A stretch of DNA of 35,608 nucleotides. It comes from an uncultured Eubacteriales bacterium (GTDB lineage: Bacteria > Bacillota > Clostridia > Oscillospirales > Acutalibacteraceae). This document shows, piece by piece, positions 14,671 through 23,266 of the stretch. The notes under the pieces were generated by a model. That model was not told the DNA's origin and made no database searches. It worked only from the letters and a program-made list of their open reading frames with translations. The number at the start of each line of letters is the position of its first letter. The stretch's first letter is position 1. The stretch spans positions 1 to 35,608 of the forward strand of contig CAZDIN010000002.1 in NCBI GenBank assembly GCA_964505515.1, read 5' to 3'. Both the position numbers and the translations under genes were made by a program.

Positions 14671-15234
14671 CTATACCTCCTTGATAAGTCCCCAAACTTC
14701 ATATTCTGTGCCGGCTTCGATCATGCCGTCGCCGGTGGGTTGCTTGGGGCTGTAGATAAGAGCCGCGTTGCATTCGGGGTTTACCTCTATCAAAGAATAG
14801 TCGAAGGCGCCCGGGCGCATCATGTTTACACTTGTGTAACTTGAAGGGGTGCCGCTGCCTACATGCCACATCGTTCGATACATGCCGTTCGAGCCGTCGA
14901 TGATCGCAATGCCGTGACGGTTGTCGGTGTGGCTTGTGCCATCAGCTATTCCGTGATAAATGACGGGTGTAAAATTCTCCATTTCCCCGTTATCATTGTA
15001 TGCTGCGACGCCGAGATTGAAATAAAGAGCGTAACTTTTTCCGTCGGTACGCTTGGGTGCTTTGTATTTTAGTGCAGCACCGTAGAGAGTGACCTTTTTG
15101 CCGTTGTATCCGTCGATGTAGACGGATGTTTGGGTTTCGGTCGTAATGCCTGAGCAAAGCTTTACCCATTTATACTGAGGCACTACCATAAATCCGGAAA
15201 CGACCTGTTGTCCGTTGAAAAATCCCATTTTCAT
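14671..15234 (-). CDS. Hypothetical phage protein between the tail-fibre-like gene and the lysis genes
   Basis: 187-aa ORF with a strong RBS (AAGGAGGT) 4 nt before ATG 15234. It is tightly packed between phage genes. I recognise no family. Confidence 0.6.
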   Translation of the reverse strand: MKMGFFNGQQVVSGFMVVPQYKWVKLCSGITTETQTSVYIDGYNGKKVTLYGAALKYKAPKRTDGKSYALYFNLGVAAYNDNGEMENFTPVIYHGIADGTSHTDNRHGIAIIDGSNGMYRTMWHVGSGTPSSYTSVNMMRPGAFDYSLIEVNPECNAALIYSPKQPTGDGMIEAGTEYEVWGLIKEV

Positions 15235-15242
15235 AACCTCCT

Positions 15243-16334
15243 TTAATTCTGCGGCGTGGCAAGAACTGCCCAACCGTTGTTGTACCAGCTTTCATCCGCC
15301 GCGCTGAAACGGGTGATCCACTGACGACCGAAAACAGGTGCTATCTCGGTTACGCGTACAACAGCGACAATGTCATCGTCAAAGCGCAGCACAGGCTCGC
15401 GGATACCAAGGAAGTTGGCGGCGGTGGCCTCATCGATTGCAGGATGGTTTGCAGACTCGGACGTGATCCTCCAGCGATGTGTGTTAAGGGTGGATAACGG
15501 ATCGTCGATGCTTACAAGCAGTGCGTCGGAGATGAACTCAGGGGTGCCGTACTGACCTGTAAACACACTCTCGATGGTTGTGATAGCCGATACGACCTCC
15601 TCTGCGGTGGTGTCATCGGTGAGGATGCAGTAGGTGGTGTCGGGAATAGAGCCGGCTTCCGTTTGTGAAGCGTATTCAGCCTTTGTGCCGAACCAGAAAC
15701 GCACCTCGCGTCCGTGATTGGACTCAACAAGCGCTTCAGGATTCTTTTTTGCCGCCTCGGTGGCGACCTCAATGGCGATGTTGGCGTCTTGAACGGCGGC
15801 TTCAGCGGCGGCAGTTGCGCCGGTTGCGATGGCAACGGCCTCGTTTGCTTGGCGGAGCAGTTCGGGAATATCCGTGACGGCAGCAACCGATTGGCGTGCG
15901 ATCTGAGCACATTCCGCGGCTGAGGCAGCACTGTTCCCGGCGCTTTCTGCCATCGAATGAACCTGTTCTACATACTGCTGATAGGCGGACGGGGTGGGCT
16001 CCTGCGGAAGTGTTGCGCCGTTGATGCCTGAGTCCACCACCTGAATAGTGGTAGGCTCGGTGGTTGCGACCGAGCTGCCGTTTATGCCAAAGACCTGAAC
16101 GGTCAGCACGCCTGCATCGGTGATGCATTCCCACGGCACCGTATATTCCTTGCCCGATTTGATATTCGACAGGCTGACACGGTTGCCGCAGCCGACAAGC
16201 TGTGCGGTTATGGCATAGTCCTTCCAGAAATCATCAAGTTGGAACATTACTGTGGGATTGCTGACACTGCCCGACGGGATGGGCGAGCCGCTTTCTACAT
16301 GTGAACTTCTCTCGCTGACATGGATAATGAGCAT
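15243..16334 (-). CDS. Phage tail-fibre / baseplate upper protein-like receptor-binding protein
   Basis: 363 aa with RBS AAGGAGGT. The N-terminal beta-rich module (FQLDDFWKDYAITAQL......VSLSNIKSGKEYTVPWECITDAGVLTVQVFG) is reminiscent of BppU-type N-domains. A central Ala-rich, coiled-coil-like stretch and a distinct C-terminal head follow. The position immediately upstream of the lysis cassette fits a tail fibre. Confidence 0.55.
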   Translation of the reverse strand: MLIIHVSERSSHVESGSPIPSGSVSNPTVMFQLDDFWKDYAITAQLVGCGNRVSLSNIKSGKEYTVPWECITDAGVLTVQVFGINGSSVATTEPTTIQVVDSGINGATLPQEPTPSAYQQYVEQVHSMAESAGNSAASAAECAQIARQSVAAVTDIPELLRQANEAVAIATGATAAAEAAVQDANIAIEVATEAAKKNPEALVESNHGREVRFWFGTKAEYASQTEAGSIPDTTYCILTDDTTAEEVVSAITTIESVFTGQYGTPEFISDALLVSIDDPLSTLNTHRWRITSESANHPAIDEATAANFLGIREPVLRFDDDIVAVVRVTEIAPVFGRQWITRFSAADESWYNNGWAVLATPQN

Positions 16335-16376
16335 AAAATGACCTCCTTATGTAATATCGCTCCCATAAATAGAGCG

Positions 16377-16416
16377 AAAAAAACGCACCGTTGCAGCAAC
16401 ATAGGCAACAGTGCGT
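16377..16416 (-). terminator. Rho-independent terminator after the GtrB/CsbB-like gene, separating it from the phage remnant
   Basis: On the minus strand the sequence is ACGCACUGUUGC-loop-GCAACGGUGCGU, a 12-bp stem with one G-U pair, followed by UUUUUUU. Confidence 0.75.
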
Positions 16417-16436
16417 AAAAATGTGTAAGAAAAACT

Positions 16437-17393
16437 TTATTTTTTCAGGAATTGCTCGGTTATATACTTCGGGCGGTGCTTGACCTCGCTGAAGACCTTG
16501 CCGATATAGCAGCCGATGATTCCAAGACAAAAGAGCTGAATACCGCCGAGCAGCCATATCGACGCAACGATGGCGGTCCAGCCTGCAACAGCGCTTTCGA
16601 AGAAGAACTTGCTGACCAGCGCGTAGATAAGTCCCAGCACGCTCAAAAGGGAGATGACGATGCCTGCATTAGAGATTATCGTCAGGGGCTTGTTGCTGAA
16701 GGAGGTGATGCCGTCGACGGCAAAGCTGAGCATCTTTTTGAAGGGGTACTTGGATCTTCCTGCGAAGCGTTCGCGGCGGTCGTAGTAAACGATGTCGCTG
16801 CGATATCCGATGTCGGGCACTATGCCGCGCAGGAAAAGGTTGGTTTCATTGTATTGCGAGAGGGAATCGAGTGCGCGTCGGCTCATGAGACGGTAGTCGG
16901 CATGGTTGTAGACTACGTCGGTGCCGAGCAGCCGCATGAAGCGGTAAAAGCCCTGTGCGGTGGCTCGCTTGAAGCCTGTGTCGGAGCTGCGTTCCTTGCG
17001 CACGCCGTAAACAACGTCACAGCCGTCGCGGAATTTAGCGACGAACTCATCAAGCACCTCGATGTCATCCTGCAGGTCGGCGTCCATTGAAATGACGCAG
17101 TCGGCGTATTCCTTTGCGGTCATTAGACCTGCAAAGAGGGCGTTCTGATGTCCTCGGTTGTGAGCAAGCTTTACTCCGCAAACGCGGTCGTGTTCGCAGA
17201 AGGCACTCTCAATGACAGACCAGGTCTTGTCCTTGCTCCCGTCGTCGACGAAAAGGATGCGGCTGTCGGGGTGGCAGGAGCCTGCCTCTATCATTCGCAA
17301 AAGCTTGCCGTCTATCTGACGCAGGGTCTCGGGCAGGACCTCTTCTTCATTATAGCAGGGGATAACAAGGTAAAGGATGGGGGCGCTATTCAT
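16437..17393 (-). CDS. GT2 polyprenyl-phosphate glycosyltransferase, GtrB/CsbB-like
   Basis: LYLVIPCYNEEEVL...FVDDGSKDKTW...HNRGHQNAL..G......D.VISMDADLQDD... is followed by two C-terminal TM helices (IISNAGIVISLLSVLGLIY and IVASIWLLGGIQLFCLGIIGCYIGKVF). This is the GtrB/CsbB/ArnC-type architecture. The ATG at 17393 lies 9 nt after AAGGAG and overlaps the yfhO stop by 8 nt. Confidence 0.85.
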   Translation of the reverse strand: MNSAPILYLVIPCYNEEEVLPETLRQIDGKLLRMIEAGSCHPDSRILFVDDGSKDKTWSVIESAFCEHDRVCGVKLAHNRGHQNALFAGLMTAKEYADCVISMDADLQDDIEVLDEFVAKFRDGCDVVYGVRKERSSDTGFKRATAQGFYRFMRLLGTDVVYNHADYRLMSRRALDSLSQYNETNLFLRGIVPDIGYRSDIVYYDRRERFAGRSKYPFKKMLSFAVDGITSFSNKPLTIISNAGIVISLLSVLGLIYALVSKFFFESAVAGWTAIVASIWLLGGIQLFCLGIIGCYIGKVFSEVKHRPKYITEQFLKK

Positions 17394-19989
17394 TGCTCTC
17401 ATCTCCTTTCAATTTTTCGGGATCGGGCGGCGTTTCCTTTTCGGGCGGATCGACGGGGGACAGCAGATAGCCTGCGTAAGCGGTCTCCGCCATGTCGTAG
17501 GCCGCCCACTGAGCCTCAGCCTGTTCGCGCTCAGGGTTGCAGACCGCCATGCATTCAGGATGCTTTTTGCGCCATGCCCTGAAAAGCAGGAGGTAGACAG
17601 TCAGCACTGCAAATCCGCACAGAGAGATGATACAGCCTGCCGTCATGCCGGGGGTCTTGTAGTTAAAGCGGACGGTATGGGTGCCTTCGGGCACGCGCAC
17701 TGCCATGAAGCCGACGTTGGCCTTGACTATCTCGGCGGCCTTGCCGTCGACGGTGACCGACCAGCCCTCGTCGTAGGGCACCGAGTAAAAGACAAGATTT
17801 TCTTTCTCAAGGGTCACCTCAGCGGTAAATCCGTGATTATCGATCTCAATGGTGTTGCCTTCGGAGGTGGCGCGCAGCTCGTCGCAATCCTCCAGATATC
17901 CTTCCTTATCAAAGCTGTCGGTGCTGTAAAGCTCACCGTCGGTAACCACATCAAACAGGTCGGCGTGCTTTGCAACATCCTCGTCCTCAAGCAAAATTGC
18001 CTTAAGCATAAGCGCGGCCTTGTTGCCGGTGTAGTATTCCTCTGCGGTAGTGCGGCTGACGCAGGCATCGTAGGTAAATCCGTAGGGGATATAGTGGTCG
18101 TTGACGTAGATATCGTGTCCGTTTTGGGTGTCGGTATAGCTCCAACCCGGCATGGTATCGGAGTTGGAACCCTCGGCAACGAAGTCGTTGTCGTCGTCTG
18201 TCCGATCAAGCAGGTACCGAACGCTCAGCAGACCGCGAATAGCATAATGAGAGGTTTCAGGTCGGGTGGCGACGCTTCTTTCGATCCCGACAAAGTCATA
18301 AAATTCAAACACTGATACAGGAACGATAGAATGGAATGCCTGAATGCTCGGGTATCCCATGTACATGGCGGTGTTGTCCATGCCGTCGTAGACGTCTATG
18401 CGCTCGCCGTCGTTGATGTCAAGCTCTATCTCGCCCTGAAGCATGTTGTCCACCAAATAGTCGGTGTCATCGGAATGGGTCTTGCCCCAGCCGATGTGGA
18501 CAGCGGAATATATCAGGCTGACGGCACACACGGCGCAGACGAAGGCGCGCCAGAAGGTCGGAGACTGCTTGTTGATCGAATGGATGCGCTGACCGAGGCT
18601 GACCCCCTCCTTGCGCTTGGAAAAGCCTGTGCGATAGAGCATGAGCAGCAGCATGATAAGCAGGGAACCGATGGCGATCAAGCATTCAATCCAGAACCTC
18701 GCGGTGTAGAAGGTGCCGCCCTCGGCGTTTGCGTCCTTGTACAGACCGAATCGGGAGAAGCCGTCCTCAATGGTGTGCAGGCTGGGCATAAGCCCCACCG
18801 CAAGCGTGACAGCGACCGTGATACCGATGCTCCAGCGGAATGCGGATGCCCAGTTTATCTCGGGATCCTCAAGCGCCTGAACGGTCACAAGACAGAGGAT
18901 GAGGATGGGCATATAGTACCAACGCGCGTAATAGGAGTAGTTGAACATATAGAAGGCGCTGTTGAGGAAGGGGACAAGCGCCATGATAAGACAGGTGGAG
19001 ATGATGCGCTTTTGCCATGTGCCCTTCTTGGTCTGCAGCCATGCGATGACACCCGTCATGCTGACCAAGGGGAGCCATCCGCTCATAGATGACCACTGAT
19101 AGTCGTTGTCGGGGAAGAAGACCAATCTCGCAGGGTTGTCGGGCGGGAAGAAGAAGGACTGGATAATGTTGTAGAAGACCTGCGGCTCGCTGTAGATGAT
19201 GGCGTTCCAGCCTACGAGGTAGCCGTTGACGCGGCCCATGTCTGAGATCGCGAGGTAGGAGGGCAGCAGGAGAAATGCCGCCATTGCGATGCCGAGGACG
19301 GCCTCGAAGACCAGCCATCCGAAACCTGCAAGGGTCATCTTCCAGCTTTTAGAGATCACCTTTATGAACCAATAGATAATGAGGAATACCGCCATGCCGC
19401 AGAAGAAGAAATAGTTGGACACAGCGCAAAGGCAGACCATAAAGGCAAAGCAGCCACGGCGGTTTTCGGTCATCAGCCATTCAAATGAGAGAAGCAGCAG
19501 GGGGAAGAAAACGATGGCTTCGTGAAAATGGTTGAAGAAAACGTTGTAGACAGAAAATCCGGAAAAGGCGTAAAGCAACGCGCCGATAAGCGCACTGTGG
19601 GTGTAGCGTGTAAAGCGGCGCAGGTAGCAGTACGCCGTCAGGCTCGCGCAGGCAAATTTAAGGACGAGCAGAGGCCCCATAAGGTAGGGGACGACGCTGT
19701 TGGGGAAGAGCAGCGTAAGCCAGAAGAAAGGGCTGCCGAGCATATAGAAGCTGTAGGAGCCGACGAAGTTTGAACCGAGGTCGGTGTTCCAGTTCCAGTT
19801 CCAGTTGCCTGAGCGCACAGCCTCATGTGCGAGCTTATAAAACGGGATCTGCTGCACGTTAAAGTCGCCGTAGTATAAAAAATATCCCCTGCCGACGACG
19901 GTATATATGCCGAAGAGCAGTCCTGCGACCAAAAGGCCGAGCAAAAATGCCTGTCCGTATCGTTCTTTCTGCTTTACGGGGAGCAACAT
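17386..19989 (-). CDS. yfhO: YfhO-family polytopic membrane glycosyltransferase (GT-C-like)
   Basis: About 867 aa. The N-terminal YFLYYGDFNVQQIPFY...LGSNFVGSYSFYMLGSPFFWL is characteristic of YfhO. There are many TM segments, a large extracytoplasmic C-terminal domain and a final TM helix. The ATG at 19989 follows GGAGGT. Confidence 0.85.
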   Translation of the reverse strand: MLLPVKQKERYGQAFLLGLLVAGLLFGIYTVVGRGYFLYYGDFNVQQIPFYKLAHEAVRSGNWNWNWNTDLGSNFVGSYSFYMLGSPFFWLTLLFPNSVVPYLMGPLLVLKFACASLTAYCYLRRFTRYTHSALIGALLYAFSGFSVYNVFFNHFHEAIVFFPLLLLSFEWLMTENRRGCFAFMVCLCAVSNYFFFCGMAVFLIIYWFIKVISKSWKMTLAGFGWLVFEAVLGIAMAAFLLLPSYLAISDMGRVNGYLVGWNAIIYSEPQVFYNIIQSFFFPPDNPARLVFFPDNDYQWSSMSGWLPLVSMTGVIAWLQTKKGTWQKRIISTCLIMALVPFLNSAFYMFNYSYYARWYYMPILILCLVTVQALEDPEINWASAFRWSIGITVAVTLAVGLMPSLHTIEDGFSRFGLYKDANAEGGTFYTARFWIECLIAIGSLLIMLLLMLYRTGFSKRKEGVSLGQRIHSINKQSPTFWRAFVCAVCAVSLIYSAVHIGWGKTHSDDTDYLVDNMLQGEIELDINDGERIDVYDGMDNTAMYMGYPSIQAFHSIVPVSVFEFYDFVGIERSVATRPETSHYAIRGLLSVRYLLDRTDDDNDFVAEGSNSDTMPGWSYTDTQNGHDIYVNDHYIPYGFTYDACVSRTTAEEYYTGNKAALMLKAILLEDEDVAKHADLFDVVTDGELYSTDSFDKEGYLEDCDELRATSEGNTIEIDNHGFTAEVTLEKENLVFYSVPYDEGWSVTVDGKAAEIVKANVGFMAVRVPEGTHTVRFNYKTPGMTAGCIISLCGFAVLTVYLLLFRAWRKKHPECMAVCNPEREQAEAQWAAYDMAETAYAGYLLSPVDPPEKETPPDPEKLKGDESNE

Positions 19990-20102
19990 GGCAGATACCT
20001 CCGATGTAAATATAAAAGTCATTGACTTATTATACCAAAGAAAGTTATAATAATAAAGACATTTATTATGAAATTTTTAACCTTTATATCGGAGGAGAGG
20101 TC

Positions 20103-20690
20103 ATGACGAGCAATTTTTATGCCCTGTTGGCGCGAATGAAGCACATTGACCGATGGGGACTGATGCGCAACACCACAAAAGAAAGCCTGAGCGAGCATTG
20201 CCTTGACACCGCCTTTGTGGCACAGGCGCTGGTAATAATTCACAACCGTCGGTTCGGCGGCAGTCTTGACCCGGAGCACGCGGCTGTGCTTGCGATGTTT
20301 CATGACGCGTCGGAGATAATCACGGGTGATATGCCGACCCCCGTCAAGTATTTCAACCCCGAGATACGTTCCGCCTATCAGGCGGCGGAGGAGTCGGCTT
20401 GTCAAAGGCTGGTCGACTGTCTGCCTGAGGACATGCGGGAGGACATAGCGCCCTACATATTCGCCGACAGGGATGAGGAGTACCGACCCTTTATCAAGGC
20501 GGCGGACAAGCTCAGCGCTCTGGCAAAATGCGTCGAGGAGCGCGGCATGGGCAACCGCGAGTTTAAGGATGCCGAGGAGGCGACGGTGCGGCATATCCGC
20601 GAGATGAAGCTGGGCGCCGCCGATGTGTTTTTGGACACCTTTATGGATGCCTACGGGCTGACCCTCGACGAGCTGACCGACAGGGCGTAG
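20103..20690 (+). CDS. yfbR: HD-domain 5'-deoxynucleotidase, YfbR-like
   Basis: LARMKHIDRWGLMRNT.KESLSEH..D.A.VA.AL........FHDASEIITGDMPTPVKY has the HD motif and YfbR-type context. The ATG at 20103 follows GGAGGAGAGG. The ORF-track start at 20022 is a TTG inside the AT-rich promoter region. Confidence 0.85.
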   Translation: MTSNFYALLARMKHIDRWGLMRNTTKESLSEHCLDTAFVAQALVIIHNRRFGGSLDPEHAAVLAMFHDASEIITGDMPTPVKYFNPEIRSAYQAAEESACQRLVDCLPEDMREDIAPYIFADRDEEYRPFIKAADKLSALAKCVEERGMGNREFKDAEEATVRHIREMKLGAADVFLDTFMDAYGLTLDELTDRA

Positions 20691-20727
20691 GCTTGATCTT
20701 CAAAATAAGAACAGGAGAGTGGAAATA

Positions 20728-21276
20728 ATGTCAAAAGGAAAGATAGTTGCAGTTGTAGGAATGTGCGGTTCGGGAAAATCGGTCGCTACCGAGGTCTTTA
20801 CCGATGCAGGCTGGGAGAAGGTGTATTTCGGCGGCATAACGATGGAGGAGCTTGAGAATCGCGGCCTTGAGAAAAACGAGAAGAATGAGAAAAAGGTGCG
20901 CGAGGAGCTTCGCGCTCAGTACGGTCTGGCCGCATATGCGGTAAAGCTTTTGCCCCGTATTGAGAAGCTTGCCGAGCAGGGCAACGTAGTCCTTGACGGA
21001 CTTTATTCATGGTCGGAGTATACCTACCTCAAGGAGCATCTGGGCGATGCGCTCAAGGTGCTTGCCATAGTCACCGACCGCGGTCTGCGCTACAGCCGTC
21101 TTGCAAACCGCACCGTCCGTCCCCTGACCGAGCAGGAGGCGACCTCGCGTGACTACTCGGAGATAGAGAACCTCGAAAAAGGCGGACCTATCTCGATCGC
21201 CGACCGTTTCGTGACTAACAACGGAACTTCGCAGGAGCTCGCCGAAAAGATCGCCGAGTATATGAATGGGCTTTGA
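20728..21276 (+). CDS. P-loop kinase-like protein (dephospho-CoA kinase / UPF0200-like nucleotide kinase fold)
   Basis: It has a Walker A motif VVGMCGSGKS and a layout similar to the CoaE-like/UPF0200 small kinases (VLDGLYSWSEY..LK......L.IV.DR.LRY.RL..R). Substrate is unknown. Confidence 0.6.
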   Translation: MSKGKIVAVVGMCGSGKSVATEVFTDAGWEKVYFGGITMEELENRGLEKNEKNEKKVREELRAQYGLAAYAVKLLPRIEKLAEQGNVVLDGLYSWSEYTYLKEHLGDALKVLAIVTDRGLRYSRLANRTVRPLTEQEATSRDYSEIENLEKGGPISIADRFVTNNGTSQELAEKIAEYMNGL

Positions 21277-21310
21277 ATTTGTAAATAAAGATTAAATTTA
21301 GCCTAAACGG

Positions 21311-21339
21311 TTGCGAAATCCGTTTTGTTATGGTATACT
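21311..21339 (+). promoter_or_regulatory. Candidate extended -10 promoter of the glycan locus
   Basis: TTGCGA (21311-21316), a 17-nt spacer ending in TGG, then TATACT (21334-21339). It partly overlaps the small hairpin AAACGG-N9-CCGTTT that follows the preceding gene. About 85 nt of leader precede rfbF. Confidence 0.45.
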
Positions 21340-21427
21340 AACGAAGAATATTGGCGGACAGGCTGACAAACTGTCGGTATGGCTGCCGTTACCCTAAGGT
21401 TAAAGAAGTGCAAGGTAGGGGATAATA

Positions 21428-22204
21428 ATGAAGGTAGTATTGCTTGCGGGCGGCTTCGGCACCCGTATCTCAGAAGAAAGTCACCTCAAGCCCAAGCCGA
21501 TGATAGAGATCGGCGGACGCCCGATCCTGTGGCATATCATGAAGATATATTCTCATTACGGGTTTAATGATTTTATCATCTGCGGCGGCTACAAGGCGGA
21601 TTACATCAAGGATTATTTCGCAAACTATTATTTGCGTACCTCTGATGTTACCTTTGATTTTACAAAGGAAAACCGCATGGAGCTGCACAGCACCTTTGCT
21701 GAGCCGTGGAAGGTCACCATCATCGATACCGGTCTTCACACTATGACCGGCGGCCGCATCAAGCGTATCCGGAAGTATATCGGTGACGAGCCCTTCCTTC
21801 TGACCTACGGCGACGGTGTTTGCGACCTGAACATCAACGAGCTTGTCGAGTTCCATAAGTCGCACGGCAAGATCGGTACCATGACGGCTGTCAGCATCGA
21901 CCAGCGCTTCGGTGTTCTCGATATCACCGGCGACGACACTATCGCCAGCTTCCGCGAGAAAAAGGAACGCGACGGCAGTGTTATCAACGGCGGATTTATG
22001 GTGTTTGAGCCTGAGATATTCGACTATATCGCCGGCGACAAGACCGTGTTTGAAAAGGAGCCGCTTGAAAAGCTTGTTTCTATGGGCGAACTGAAGGCCT
22101 TCCGACACAGCGGATTCTGGCAGTGCATGGACACCCAGAGGGACAAAATGTATCTTGAGGAGCTTTGGGACGAAGGTAAGGCTCCGTGGAAGATGTGGGA
22201 TTAA
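21428..22204 (+). CDS. rfbF: Glucose-1-phosphate cytidylyltransferase
   Basis: MKVVLLAGGFGTRISEES..KPKPM.EIGG.PILWHIMK.YS.YG..DFIICGGYK...IK.YF.NY is near-canonical RfbF/DdhA. The length of 258 aa fits. Confidence 0.93.
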   Translation: MKVVLLAGGFGTRISEESHLKPKPMIEIGGRPILWHIMKIYSHYGFNDFIICGGYKADYIKDYFANYYLRTSDVTFDFTKENRMELHSTFAEPWKVTIIDTGLHTMTGGRIKRIRKYIGDEPFLLTYGDGVCDLNINELVEFHKSHGKIGTMTAVSIDQRFGVLDITGDDTIASFREKKERDGSVINGGFMVFEPEIFDYIAGDKTVFEKEPLEKLVSMGELKAFRHSGFWQCMDTQRDKMYLEELWDEGKAPWKMWD

Positions 22205-22206
22205 AT

Positions 22207-23261
22207 ATGAATTTAGAGTTTTTTAAGGGAAAGCGCGTGTTCTTGACCGGCCACACAGGCTTCAAGGGCTCGTGGCTTTGCCGTATATTAGTGCAGGCGG
22301 GGGCTGAGCTGACCGGCTACTCTACCGAGGCACCCACCGACCCTGACCTGTTTTCTTTGGCAGGTGTCGAGGGACGCATGACCTCGGTCATCGCCGACGT
22401 CCGCGACCTTCAGGCTCTTAAGGCTGCCTTTGACAAGGCACAGCCTGAGATAGTGCTGCATCTTGCGGCGCAGCCTATCGTGCGCGACAGCTATAAGGAC
22501 CCTGTCTATACCTATGAAACCAACGTTATGGGCACCGTTAACATTCTCGAGTGCGTGCGCACCGCCGCAAAGCCTCCGCGTTCGGTGCTTAACGTCACTA
22601 CCGACAAGGTGTATAAGAACAACGAATGGGCATGGGGCTATAGGGAAAACGAGCCGCTCGACGGCTACGACCCCTATTCCAATTCCAAATCCTGCTCCGA
22701 GCTTGTCACCCACAGTTACAAGGCGTCCTTTTTGGACGAGATGGGTGTCGCGGTTTCTACCGCGAGGGCAGGAAACGTTATCGGCGGCGGCGATTTTGCC
22801 AACGACCGTATCATCCCCGACTGTGTGCGTGCCGCACAGAACGGCGAAGATATAATCGTGCGTAATCCGCATTCGACGCGGCCCTATCAGCATGTGCTTG
22901 AGCCGCTTTATGCGTACCTGATGATCGCGCAAAAGCAGTATGAGGACCCCTCCTTTGCCGATTACTACAACGTCGGCCCCGATGACTGCGACTGCGTTAC
23001 GACGGGCGACCTTGTCGACATGTTCTGCCGCAGCTACGGTGACGGCATGAAATGGATCAACAAATGGTCGGAGGTCCGCATGAGGCAAACTTCCTTAAGT
23101 TAGACTGCTCGAAGCTCAAGGCGACGTTTGGCTGGGCGCCCCGTTGGAATGTTGAAACCGCAGTTGAGCGCACTGTCGAATGGACAAAGGCCTATTTCGC
23201 AGGCGAGGACATCTGCGCGGTAATGGATAAACAAATTGCAGAGTTTTTTGAAAACAGGTGA
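22207..23261 (+). pseudogene. rfbG: CDP-glucose 4,6-dehydratase interrupted by a single-base frameshift near 23062-23066
   Basis: Frame A (22207-23103) encodes FFKGKRVFLTGHTGFKGSWL...YSNSK... and ends ...GDGMKWINKWSEVRMRQTSLS*. The conserved RfbG C-terminus GGPHEANFLKLDCSKLKATFGWAPRWNVE...EWTKAY continues in the -1 frame (23052-23261). One extra A in the AAA run at 23062-23064 would restore a roughly 350-aa protein. Confidence 0.8.
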
Positions 23262-23266
23262 TAGAG

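Larger units (their letters stand above)
13488..16334 (-). mobile_element. Prophage tail-end remnant (receptor-binding/tail-fibre-like gene, unknown gene, endolysin, holin)
   Basis: Four tightly packed minus-strand genes with phage-typical functions. No capsid, portal, terminase, tail-tube, tape-measure, integrase or repressor genes occur anywhere in the window. Confidence 0.65.

Noticed and set aside
17377-19092. Plus-strand ORFs (312 aa, 253 aa) opposite yfhO, and the 212-aa ORF at 16452-17090 opposite the GtrB-like gene
   Set aside because: These are shadow ORFs antisense to genes with clear family signatures. They have no RBS and no motifs.
19789-19806. Tandem hexanucleotide repeat (CCAGTT)x3 inside yfhO, encoding WNWNWN
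   Set aside because: It has only three units, and changes in copy number would stay in frame. It is too short to call a contingency locus and is probably just a local duplication in a loop.
21340-21427. GGCGG-containing leader of the glycan operon as a JUMPStart/ops-like antitermination element
   Set aside because: GGCGGACAG does not match the ops core GGCGGTAGC. ops/RfaH is a proteobacterial system, and only a weak 5-bp hairpin is present.
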